Origin: Lobosporangium transversale
Taxonomy: Eukaryota
Length of the DNA: 64,000 nucleotides
NCBI RefSeq assembly: GCF_002105155.1
Contig: NW_019028980.1
Coordinates: forward strand, 1,426,001 to 1,490,000
Reading direction: 5' to 3'
This document shows, piece by piece, positions 25,147 through 37,123 of the stretch. The notes beneath the pieces are model-generated. The model was not told where the DNA came from and did no database searches. It worked only from the letters and a program-made list of their open reading frames with translations. A program made the translations under genes and the position numbers. How positions within the stretch are numbered: position 1 is the first letter of the stretch; the number at the start of each line of letters is the position of its first letter.

Positions 25147-27372
25147 TCAAGCAGAGGAAGTGGCTCGTGCTCGTGTTCCTGAAAGGCCTAATGAGATAGG
25201 ATGTGAAAGACCCTCGCGCATTAAGACTAGTCGGTCATCGGATCCACTAGCTGCACCTGTACTAGAAGATCCTGTTATCAATGATGGTGGTGATGATGAT
25301 GATGAAGAAGCACCAAGGCCCCACCAGTGTTCCGACAGTGCTTTCTTTCCAATTTCGTAACTTGAGATCATAATAGCACAACTCGGTGCAACCTTGGCAA
25401 CTCTGGCGGTTAGACCTCTCCATAGACCATTAAATCCTTCCTCTCGAAGGATGGCCTTCATGAGCGAGAGTGTCTTTGTGTGCACAGGTTGAGAAATATC
25501 GACTTGGCGACGGGTTTTAGCCACATCAAATGGGGTCGTGAGCGTAGCTGCAACCTGTTTTAATAAGGAAAGGGGAAAAAAAAAAAAAAAAAAAAAAAAA
25601 GTCAGATCATTATGTATTGGCTGAGATAGGGCATTAACATTGATTGTTCGCTATTGATCATTGTTATTGTTATTGTTATTGTTGCTGTTGCTGTTGTTGT
25701 TTTTACCATGCCAGAGATTGCACCACTGGTAAAAGCAACTTCAAACTCGTTAAGAGCTGGCTGTGGATGAGTACTATCCCAGGCTACGATTCGCTTCTTG
25801 ATATTTTCATAACCCATCCAGTAGATTGCTATTCATAAAGATAAATAAAAATATTAAATTCGTGCCCTTTTTTTTTTTTTTTGCATTATATAGACATGAT
25901 GAGAGACAAATAAGTACCACTACTTACCACTAAAGGGTACATCACGCCAAAGAGTCGGAGCCAATCCTCGCCACAGAGAAAATACACCTTCAGCTCGGAC
26001 CATCGACACAATGCTTTGTGAGACTCCTCGGAATAATCCTGAATTGCCTTTATTGTTTGTATGAACACTTTGCATCCGAGTCCTGAATAACTCCAAAGGA
26101 GAGATTACTGTCGCTGCCACGGCTGTTAAAAAAAAAAAAAAAAAAGAGTTGTTAAAAAAAGAAACTCGAGATGATAACGAACAAAACAATATTATAACAA
26201 AACTCAACGTCCTACTTACTTCGTGCAAATCCTCCTGCGACTAAAGGAGCTAATGTAGTCCGGTATTCATAAATGAATGAACCTCCTAGGAAGAGATCAT
26301 CCCTTTCCACCTTCATTGCCCTTTCTGATAGTACATCTTTCAGATAATCATAGCCCACGAAATAGATCACAGTCGCTGGAATGGACATGATCAATGTGGG
26401 TGAAAGCCCCCTCCATAAGGACGATGCACCTTCATGCCGAACAATCTTCTTGACACCATCCCAGGTTCCATGAAAGTATCGCTCTTGAGCAGCCTTTGTG
26501 GCATGGTTATTCTCTATACAATTAGCAGCAAGCTGTTCCAATCGCTGTTGCTGTTGTTTCGTCGCTTTCATTCCCACGACCGTGCCCGCTTGATGCTGCT
26601 GTTGAATACTCGGCCCGCAACCGGCGGTTGTGCCCCGAGTACGGCTGTGATTATGGGTATGTGGATGATATGAAGATGAAGACCTTGCTGTTGCCGATGA
26701 TGATGTTGATGATGAAAGTGAAGAGTCAGTTGGTTGCTGTTGTGAAGAAGATCGAATAGCGTTGGCAATCCCTCCTGCTGCAAGCACATTGGCGATATTT
26801 TGTCTAATTCCTGCAGTCGCAGAGGCTGCGACCGATCGAACAGTTGTTGATGATGATTGAGGTGATTCCGGTGCAAAAAAGACTTCTCGACAACATGTAC
26901 AGAGCTTTTCATATGCAGACGCGTTACTTGAAAAGGTAAATGGCACTGCACATGTGGGCGTAGCCACAACTGTTTGAGATTGAAGCCTTGTTTTGACAAC
27001 ATCCAATGGTGTAACTGATCGCCACAATACGCAAGAGCACAAAATAAGGAAAATATAGTTAAGAGATGACCCTGTGAAAGAAAGAGAAACATGCCTAAAA
27101 AGATATAGGAAAAAAAAAAAAAAAAAAAAAAAAAAAGTTACTTTGTACATACCGAGAAGTGAAGTCAGTAGGGATCCAGCACAGGCTGAGATCATGCGCT
27201 GTACTGGAGAGGGTTGAATCAAACTGGAGTCTTCATTTTCAATATCTGTGCTGGTACTGGTGAGTGGAGCTGTGATAGTTGGAGTGGATGAAGAAGATTC
27301 TATTGAGCGCATTGACGTGATCGGTGATGCAACGGTATCAAGAGAACGCTGTTGGCTGAGTGAATCGGCCAT
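25147..27372 (-). CDS. MTM1: Mitochondrial carrier of the SLC25A39/40 / Mtm1 subfamily, 5 exons
   Basis: QRMISACAGSLLTSLL..TPLDVVKTRLQ, LWRGLSPTLIMSIPATVIYFVGYD, SPLELFRTRMQ, PTLWRDVPFS, TPFDVAKTRRQ and KVAPSCAIMISSYE. Confidence 0.9.
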
Positions 27373-27388
27373 GCTGACAAAGACAAGT

Positions 27389-27419
<31 letters not shown>

Positions 27420-28469
27420 GTAGAGATAAAGTTGACCGAAAGGCGATATTGATTTGTCAATGAGTTTATTGGCTGTTGGTGACCGAATATGAATGACGAT
27501 ATTTTACGAGAAATCGCTGAATGACAGCAGATCAAAACGAAAGAAAAAAAGCGGTGTCGCAGTTCGCTTTTTGTGGAGACGCTTGTTATCCTCAAAGAAG
27601 CTTCCAGGTAATTTTTAAAAAAGTGTGGTGCCTCTGTCTTTTTTTTTTATTGCTGACGGGAATTAGAGTTTCTACAATGACGAAAAAAACGTTAGGGCTA
27701 AAGTGAGTCAGAAAGAAGAAGGATAGGGTGGGATATTGAGATACGAGAGTAATGTTTTGCTGCAGGGTCGTTGACCAAGTGAACAAGAGGTTAAAGATAA
27801 TTGGCGAGAAATAAAATGTGTGCGTAAGCCGAGGTTGAACAGGTGATGCTACCTTGATTATTTGAAAGAAGAATTGGTAACCAGAAGGAAAGGGAGCTGC
27901 GCAGGTCCTGGGTAGAGAAAATATGGAACAAGGGGCAATAAAATGACGAGGCAAGATAGGTCGTGGATGAGAAGGAGAAAGAGTGAGCAACAGAAGGGAG
28001 GTGATTGCGAGAAGTATATACAATATGCAATTACAAGAGATTCAAGAGAATGAGGAGTGAATTGCACAAAATGAGTAATGTCAAGAAGGAAAAAAAAAAA
28101 AAAAAAAAAAACAAACAAAACGTCTTTTGCTTTTGTAGATAAACAAGATCGTCTGAGTTTCATGCATTAGCTTGCCCAACAAACTCACCCTCATTTGAGC
28201 AGTTCGGCGGCAAAATCTGCCATCCAGGAAAACGCCATGAAAGGAAAATTTTATGAGGACCTAAAGCCACAACGTGGAGATGGTGAGCTTTTTAATCGGA
28301 ACAGCTTCCGTCATGGATCCCGTATTTCTCCATCCATAGTTGAGAAGTTGAGCAAATACTTTATTTCTTTCCCTTGTTACATATTTTATTTTTTATTTTT
28401 AAAAAAAAAAAAATAAACTCTCCGGACTGGATCTGGAACAGCTCGTTTCATTGATGATTTCGTCTTGGT

Positions 28470-28973
28470 AGCTCCCGAACCCAGGAACAAGTCTCATCTA
28501 AGCAAACTATGACTTGGTTTTGAACCCGTCCGACCAATTGATCGCCTTCCAGTCGTTCTACAATACGCTCTTGGTCTGAGCAGATGGGGCAGAGACGCTT
28601 TCTTTTGTGGTCCTTGTAGAGAAACGGTCTTTTGATAGTCTTCTTTTGCCTTCGCGTCAGTCCTCGTAAGGCATCTCCTGATGGTGGAAGTTGATACAGG
28701 ACTTGGAAGTAACCTGTTTGCTTCCTTTTGAGCATCAGTAGAAGACTTAAAACGACCACGCTTGAATCCTAATCTAAGATACAGAGCTGTTTCATCTGTA
28801 ACCTTCCTTGGACGACCCCCCGATTTCTTCGCAATAGTCTCCATGGCATTTCGACAGATATTGGCTACAGAAGAGTGAGAGATTCCGAGTCTTTCTCCAA
28901 CCTGTCGTGTAGAAAGACCCTCCTTGAGGAGAGCAGTAGCTTCTCTGACCTTGGATTGAGCAATTGGCCTCAT
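28470..28973 (-). mobile_element. Degraded Tc1/mariner (IS630-Tc1) transposase fragment covering the N-terminal HTH domains; frameshifted, catalytic domain lost
   Basis: EGLSTRQVGERLGISHSSV (HTH), GGRPRKVT, VSTSTIRRCL, then in shifted frames KRPFLYKDHKRKRL and DWKAINWSD followed by stops. Confidence 0.8.
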
Positions 28974-29566
28974 ATGTACTTGGGCGAGTGAGTATTTGTG
29001 AGATAAGTATACCAAAATAGTAGCATAGGAGCTGTGTTTTATTATAAAAAAAAAAAAAAAAAAAAAAAAGGTGTTGAGGAAAATTCCAGCACCTTCTAGG
29101 AGGTATTTTAATAATTTTCAGAACTAATTAAGATTGAACGATCATCATGTTGGGACCAAGGGTGACGACATCGATCCGATGGTGCAAGTATGCTTTGTCT
29201 GCTCGTTATGAGTAAGCAACATGGAAATGAATAAAATATTTTGCCACTTCTTGATATGCCGTTACGCGTCCAACACGCGCAGATTCAATTTTTTTAACGC
29301 TGTGCTGTGCCCTTGCACCCCCTCCTCTTCACAAACCCATTGACAATTGGCAATAAAATGGGAGGCCATGAATGTTGTCTTAACATGTACACTTGGACGT
29401 TCATAGAAATAGAGTAACATTTACGTAATGCAATCATTAAACTATTCATACAGTATGGTCATTGGCCAAAATGTTCCCTCTTTTATTGTTTTCAATGAGT
29501 AGAGCGTCAATAATATTCTCTTCAAGATGAACGTGTATACTAAGGGATCTATAGATATACGACGCT

Positions 29567-31245
29567 TTACTTCTTGGCAACAGCGGCCTTGGCCTTCTTG
29601 GTGCCGCGGAGCTTCTTGCTGCGGTTCTTGCGTTCCTTGCGCTGCTTGCGGGAAGGCTTCTTGATTTCCAAGAGACCGTGCTATATATCAAAAACGAAAA
29701 AAAGTAGAGAAAATGTTTCAATTTAGAAAACAGCATTGGTTGTACATAGTCATGGGAAGAAAAAGAAGGGTTAAAAGATAGTGCTTATGGACACTTGAGT
29801 GAGTTAAAATATTCTGCACTGGGACGAATGTTGATAATAACTCGATGATTGCAAAAGCAAAAAATAAATAAAGATGGCGCAGTCGAACAAAAAAGTCCCA
29901 AATATATCTACACGCTTAACATTCACAAGTTCGATTGATAAAACACAAGCGCCTCTTCTTTAGTGACAGTGGTTGAGTGGCATCATTTCTTTTCTTTTCC
30001 AGGGGTACTATATAGTTTGTGCTGGTTATCGGTCCAGTCTCAAGATACATATAATTCTGATTGGCAAGTTGTAGCTCCAATGTGGTCCAGTGCTCCAGTG
30101 GTTGTTTAACAAATTTCTTGCTTTATAAGCAAAAAAAAAAAAAAAAAAAAAAACAAACAAGAGACGAGAGACGAGAAAAAAGAATAGAAAAGAAAATGCA
30201 AGGGAAAATACATACGCGAACAAGGCGATACTTAGGCTCGAACTTCTTGGCAGACTCCAAGTTGTCATAGATCAAAGCAAAGCCAGTGGATCTTCCGCCT
30301 CCGAACTGGGTACGGAAACCGAAGCAGAAGACAACCTCCTTATCGACCTTGTACATCTTGGCAAGCTTCTCACGGACTTCATCCTTGGAGAGGTTGGCGC
30401 GAGCAGGGTGGATGATATCCACGACCTAAAAAAAAACATTTACAATTGACATAATTGTTGTTGATATTAGTTGTTTTTTGACGAAACAATAAAAAAAGTC
30501 CACCGCTACTTTCAAACTTGATCTCGATAAATGAACAACAATCGATGAGGTGTTCCTTTTTTTTTTTTTTTTTTGTTTTTATAAATTAGAAAGGTATTCC
30601 ATCATTCTTCCCGAGTCTCCCGTTTTCAGCTTTGTAATTCATCGCTCCGAGTGCGAGTCCTGACTGGTTCTTATTCTTACCATTTGCTTTCTAGCCAAGA
30701 GGCGGTTGGTCAAGAACTTGCGAGTTCTGATGGTAGCAGTGGAATCAGCCTACATGAATACAATTAGTCGAAAAGAGTAGAGGAAAAGCACGACAGAGGT
30801 CAGTCTTTGCTTGCCAAAGGGAAAAAATATATATAACAATACTGATGTTGATGCATCCGGACCAGTGACATGTCGGTTAATCGATATGATGGTTATGCTG
30901 GAAACACATGTTGGATATTGAATGTTGTCTTCTCTGTTTCTGTTCTTGGCATTATGTCTTTTGAAGAAATAAAAAAAAAAAACCCTTAGTGTAGGACGAT
31001 TTTCACTCCCATCACCATGACCACAGCGTATGTCCTATGATGAAGAAGTCTTCAAGAAAAACTCTCAGATTTCAAGTCGATAGATCCAGTCTTTAAAAAA
31101 AATGATGATATGAATAACAATAGTCGTTGTTTGGCGTTGGTAACTGATTGATATCCTGTTGGATGGATGCTAATGAATAGTGTGTGCCATGGTCCGGATG
31201 CGGATGGATGTTTATTGTGACTGCCTTCGCTGAAGGACTTGCCAT
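29567..31245 (-). CDS. RPS24: 40S ribosomal protein S24 (eS24). Exons: ATG 31243-31245, 30681-30749, ~30217-30426, 29567-29682
   Basis: [65 protein letters not shown] and [17 protein letters not shown]. The ATG-only first exon is inferred from AAAACC ATG|GCAAGT. Confidence 0.95.
30853..31201 (-). other. Long-range inverted repeat in RPS24 intron 1 (GCATCCGGACCA 30853-30864 / TGGTCCGGATGC 31190-31201)
   Basis: Perfect 12-bp reverse complement, extendable by 5 bp (one G-U pair, one bulge) on the transcribed strand. Confidence 0.7.
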
Positions 31246-31481
31246 GGTTTTTGATCAAAAGAGGGAGTTCAAATCAAATGCACTGAGCCTGATCATATCT
31301 CTTGCAGACAGCCCTTGTAAATGAAAATTAACTATTAGAAGCGAGACATCTCCTTCCATTAAAATGTTCCTTAAGGGTTATGTTTCTATTCATGTTACAC
31401 CACATTCACAACACCTTAATGCACGATCCCGTTCGTTTTAATGTTATTTATTTCTTTTCATCATGTTGCTCTTTTTTTTTT

Positions 31482-32284
31482 TTATGAGCGCTGCAAAAAT
31501 CTGTCGAGCTTATTGACATCTTCGCAGTCGTTCTCAACCAGCTGTGATTTCTATTAGTAAAAGAAAAGGAAGGCATATCGATAAATACTAGGTTAAAAGG
31601 TATACAACTCTTGACCGGAGTGTTTGAAAAACAATTTCCTGCGAATCCAATGCACTTACCGTGTTCCAGTGAACAAGAGTGGGGACAGCACTGATCTTGA
31701 TGACCTTGTCATGGCGGTAAGGATGGCTCATATCCTTCCATCTACGTTGATCAGAACATAAAAGAGGTTGTTTTTTTATCGTGAATATAAATTAAAGTGG
31801 ATCAATAAAATTCACACACTTCTTCATTTCTCTACTAAAACCGCGACTTTACGTTGGGCGATCGCCAACAGGTGCATCAATAAGGACTACATTATCAAGC
31901 TTGGAGAAACGCCCCGCAACAACAGGACCAGCTAGTTTGATGGGAATGGAATGAAAAAGAAGTGAGAGACCAAAAAAAAAAAAAAAAAAACATGTAGCCT
32001 GTTCCCAAGGGAAAATAAACAATGTCGTTACCCTTGACACAGTCAGGACACCATGACTTTCCAGTGTCGGGATCGACAGAAGCGTAGTAGTAGATATAAA
32101 TATCCTTATCCTTGTTCTCTTCAACAGCCTTGGTGATGACTTCATGAAGGCTATCGATAGTAGGGACTTTGACAATAGTGGCGGGCATAGTTATATTGGT
32201 TGTTGTATTTTTGAATGAAGTGGAATGAATGAATGAAGTGATCGGGAAAGGTCGAATGGCGGAGAAGAAACGAATGAGTGGCAT
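31482..32284 (-). CDS. TXNDC17: Thioredoxin domain-containing protein 17 (TRP14)-like, 4 exons; alternative start at 32188
   Basis: YYYASVDPDTGKSWCPDCVKAGPVV, VGDRPTWKDMSHPYR, ISAVPTLVHW and LVENDC. Confidence 0.9.
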
Positions 32285-33667
32285 CTATTTAAAAAAAAAA
32301 AAAAAAAACGTTGTGGGCGATCCTGTCTTTGAAAGGAAGTCGCACGTCATTTTGGTACTCTTGGGAAAAAAACTGAGCAAACAGCAGCTTCCGATTTGTC
32401 ATTGATCTGTGTTGCACCATTTAAATCATGATGTGTGTGGGCTTGAGCCTTTCAGACAAGCCATCAACATTGAGAGACCTTGCCATATGTTTGTATGGTT
32501 TTATCTCACGCTTTTGTGGCGTCTTGCTTTCAGAGGCAACATTGGACATCTAGGATCCGAGTGGGTCTACTGCTTCTCTTAATGTCAAAATTCTTACTCT
32601 GTGAAACCATGGGGTTCATGGACAGAGATGAATTCTTTTTTCCAAAAAAAAAAACGTTACTTGCAGAAAGAATGAATGGTTTTGTCGGGAGATTGAAGGG
32701 ACGAAGTTCGTTTATCAAAGGAGACAGAGGGAGGCATAAGAATGTCGGCTGGATAAAAAGAGGATAAAGATGTAGACTTGCCTGTGAAAATGAGCTTTTT
32801 TTAAAATGTAGAAGATTATAGAATGATATGCTTCTAATCCTTAATGCTTTTTTGCTAGTAGAACTCGGAGAGGTTTCGAGTAGGGTAACTTACACCATAT
32901 ACTTTATTGAACAAGTGATCTCTTTACATTCAAGGCATCGATATATTTATATATGAGAAGATACGAACCAAGCTGCCCGTCAATAGCATTATTGCCCCCC
33001 TGACATGCGTGTGCGTTGTCAAAGAGATCTTTCACTCTTCCAACCCATCCATGATAGCCTAGTGGTCATTGAGCCCTTGAAAGCGCGTATTCATTCTTAG
33101 TGAATCAAGTCTTTAAGCAGCCGTAGTGGGCCAAACAGTTTGGTCGATGACGATAGACTCAATATCAAAAAGTGTAGTCGTGTTATGGACTCGACTCCTA
33201 GCTCTGGAAGATATCCTTCTATTCTTCATATACGTCAAGAAAACAAATGCAACTTGTCTAATACCAACATGAGGCGCTTTAGTATACTGAAATTAAAGGC
33301 AAACAGGTGGCAATTTCAAGACATGGCAAATGTTTGAAATGTGGAGGAGCTGTTCATACCATGATATTTCGATATATTTCGATGTTAGATGAATAATATA
33401 TTAATTTCTGCTGCATTTTGTGACTACGACAGAAAACTTTAAACCTTCAAACAACTAATAATTTTCTGTTATGCATCTTTGTTTCATCATCCTCGCATTC
33501 ACGAAACTAAAGCATCTCGGGACAGTGTGAACGCGAAAGGGCATCTGCAGAGTATTCACTGAATCAGTCATCTAGTGCACTTCTGTCAACGATAGCGTCA
33601 GCGGCGTCGACGGCGACAAGACGACAACAAACAAATAATAAAGATAAAAAAAAAAAAAAAAAAGAGA

Positions 33668-34510
33668 ATGCAGTTCAAGGAATTCGATGCGTTCCCAAAG
33701 GTCGAATCTGGTTTCGTAAAGCGGACAGGATCAGGAGGCATTCTCACCCTTATCATTTCAGCTGTTCTATGTATCCTCGTTTTTGGTGAGATCGCGGACT
33801 ATATGAAGCTCCGCAACGAATATAATTTTATAGTCGACCCGCTTATCAACCACGAACTCCAGATTAACGTCGATATCACCGTTGCAATGCCATGCGATGG
33901 TAAGACACTACGGAGAATAGAAAGCAAAAAGAACAATTGCCATGTATATGTAAAGCCTCTTCATGGAAATCAATTGGGCTATATTGGCACTCTGTCTCTC
34001 ATACATGCGTTTATTTACGTACACTTGATTTGAATTAGCTCTGACAGTCGATCTTCGAGATATTGCGAACGTTCAGCTCAGTCTTTCTGATAAGCTCCAT
34101 AAAATCCCAACGGTACGTTTTTTTTTTTTTTGTTTTTTTTTTTTACTCCTGTTCCATATCAGTTAACGAAATATTGTCTTTTTAAGCATCAAAGCGTATA
34201 GAGTGGACTCAAAAGGAATTGAACCTATTATTTTACTTCTATTATTATGATTTACTTATAGCACTTCACATTGAGCTCCGGGGTGAGCCGTACAGACAAG
34301 ATGCGTGACCAGCCATTGAACGTCAAACAACTAGTTAGGGCTGCTAGCAGGAATGCGGCTTTGGCGCAGGCGTCCAAGCAAAGTAAGTAAAGGCTGTTCT
34401 CTTTTTCTCACTCTATCCTTTTGTTATATCGATTTTATTTATATCACACTCATGAAAATCATATCGTATTAATTGATCTCTCTATTTATTTATATATATA
34501 TATATATATA

Positions 34511-34552
<42 letters not shown>

Positions 34553-35498
34553 GCAACGAGGACTTTAAGGCTTGTAGGATCTTCGGAAGCTTTGAATCCA
34601 ACAAACTGAGCAGTAACCTGCACATTATGGCTGCTGGACATGGATACTTTGGCACTCCCCATACTGATCATAATGGTACTTTTCTTGAGTAATTATGAGA
34701 AATAACAGATTCACATTCTCTTCAAGGATGTACCCATTAACGATGTTATTCTTTTATTATCATTATTATTGTCTCGTATTTACCTGGTTTATAACTATTC
34801 AGTGATGAATATGACGCACAAGATCGATGAATTTTCGTTTGGAGAGTTGTATCCAACAATCGTCAATCCATTGGATGATAGTTTTGAGATTTCAGAAACG
34901 GGTATGATCAGTTGCTTATTATTATTATTTTCCTTCTCCAAATGCTTTCATATGTGTTGATATTTATATAGCATGGCTAATATATATGCTACTATCCCTC
35001 ACACATTGCTTTTACTCTAATCTGTATAGCATTTGAGGCATTTCAGTACTTCATAGTTGTTGTTCCAACGATTTACGTCGGTAAGTTAAAAAAGCTTTTT
35101 TTTTTTTTTTTTTTTTTCTTTGTTCGAGTAATTGAAGGTACACTTTTTCTCATCTTATATCTTTTTTCTCTCTCTTTTTTTTTTTTTTTATTTGTTTATC
35201 CATGGTAAAAGATCGTTATAAAAATCGTCTCATGACAAATCAATACTCTGTCAGCGAATATCGTCGTGCCTATGATGAGCATCAAGGGTTCCCTGGTCTG
35301 TTCTTCAAGTATGACTTTGAGCCACTGACTGTCATGATCACAGAAGAATCATCCATGTCTTTTGGACATTTGCTCGTTCGACTGGCAGGATTGGTTGGGG
35401 GCTATTATGTCACTGCGGGTATGGCCCATAAGGTCCTAAGTGCTATTTATTACTGGTTCCGTCCTGAGCAGGCTCCCTTGAGGAAGCATAATGTCTAG
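33668..35498 (+). CDS. ERV41: ER-Golgi vesicle protein Erv41 / ERGIC2, 7 exons
   Basis: FDAFPKV...GG, LQINVDITVAMPC, ACRIFGS...NLHIMAAGHGY, NMTHKIDEFSFGELYP..NPLD, FQYFI.VVPTIY, TNQYSV and PGLFFKYDFEPL, plus a C-terminal TM. Confidence 0.85.
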
Positions 35499-36330
35499 TT
35501 TTTTTTTTTTTTTTTCTATTTTTTAGATCTAGATACCCTTTTTTCTTTTTTCAAAAAAAAAAAAAAAAAAAAAAAAAGCTCTGTGAAAGAGAAGGAGGCC
35601 ATATGTGTTCAATTGATAAAAACTAGCCTAGGGATGGGGAGACGATTGGCGGCGCAGTCTTGAAACGCGTTTGAAATGCCTTGCAGACACTTATTCTTGC
35701 CAATAGCATCGTTCACATTTGGAACGGTCCCTTAGTCCATAGATATAGACGTCAGTGCATCCACTTTGCAGAGAGCCAATTTCCTAGTATGAATTTTGTA
35801 TACATATTATCAAAATCCACTACCAACAGCAACCATTTGGGCTCGTTAAAGCCGGGAGAGCGGCAAGAGGGTAACAAGAATAGCCATAAAAGCGGAAAGG
35901 TTTGTAATTGTTGCTGCTGTGCTGTTGATGGAGGTTCAACGTTTTTTTATACCAGGGTTCCAAGGGAAGTTGAAGTTTGCAAAGGTCTATCACATGAATG
36001 AGGTTAAGCACACGGACGATTCACCTTGGCCCTTGCAAGTAAAATGAATAACTGAAACAGGTTTCTTTTGTAAGATAAGACACGTACAGTCATTAAACAT
36101 GAGTTTTTTTTTTTTTTTTTTTTTATTGTCCCGGATGTGTTATCTTACAATGAAAAATTGGAATTACAAAGATAAAAAAGAAAAAAGAAGGAAAAAAAAA
36201 GAAAAAGAAAAAGTACAAAGGGAGTGTAATTTTTTTTTTTCTTTTTCTCCTTTGATGAGCAGGTGTGCAAATGATGGTGCAATATGACTGAAAAGAGCCG
36301 TTGGTATGCCGGATTCTTCATCGTCTTCAC

Positions 36331-37088
36331 TTAAGCAGTCTTCTCAGCGGGGACAGTGGCGTCTGCATGGGGAGCGGGGGTACTTTCGGAACCGGTGGTA
36401 CCCTCAGTCTCGTGATGGGCACCGCCCTTAGTCTTCTTCTCGTCAGCAATGCGACGGGCTTCATAGTGAACTGCAGCGATTTGTTCCTTGACATGGGAAG
36501 CAATGCCTGTGACCTTTTGTCCAGGGGCAGTTTGAAGAGCCTATAAAATAAGAACCACGCGTTAGTAAGCTTATAAAAAAAAAATAAAAAAAAAAAAAAA
36601 AAAAAGACATGATAACTGCGACAAAAGAAGATGAATGAAATAGGACCGTACCTGGTTGCTGTAATCAATGCCCTGGCCAACGGCAGCGTTGACACGGTCC
36701 TGGACGTGGTACTTGTGGTCAATCTCGGCAGCCTTCTCCGTGACCTTGAACTTCTCGTCGAGGGTCTTGGCCTGAGCCTTGGCAGCCTCAACATAGGCCT
36801 GGATCTTGTTTGCAAATCCGTACTTGGCGTCAATTTCAAGACCCTTCTCGATGATCTGGTCCTGAAGATGATATCCAGCAGCGAGAATTTCAGCAAAGAT
36901 GGTAGCCTTGGGCTTGTTCTCTTGGGGAATGTGCTCGCCTTCGGCAGTCTCTTCAAAGTAGGGCTTGACTGTGATTTGGCTGTCAACGATCATGGCATTG
37001 GTCAACATGCAAGCGGTCTTGGCAGCGGAATCTGTTATAGTAGACCATGAGGAATAAAGTGGAGCAATGAGAATATGTGAGTGTTTGT

Positions 37089-37123
<35 letters not shown>

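Noticed and set aside
31036..31147. ATGATGA...CTGA box C/D-like motifs in RPS24 intron 1
   Set aside because: They lie on the + strand, antisense to the host gene, and no guide could be recognised.
33048..33120. tRNA-like start TCCATGATAGCCTAGTGGTCA (A-box match)
   Set aside because: No B-box (GTTCRA), T-arm or complementary acceptor stem downstream.
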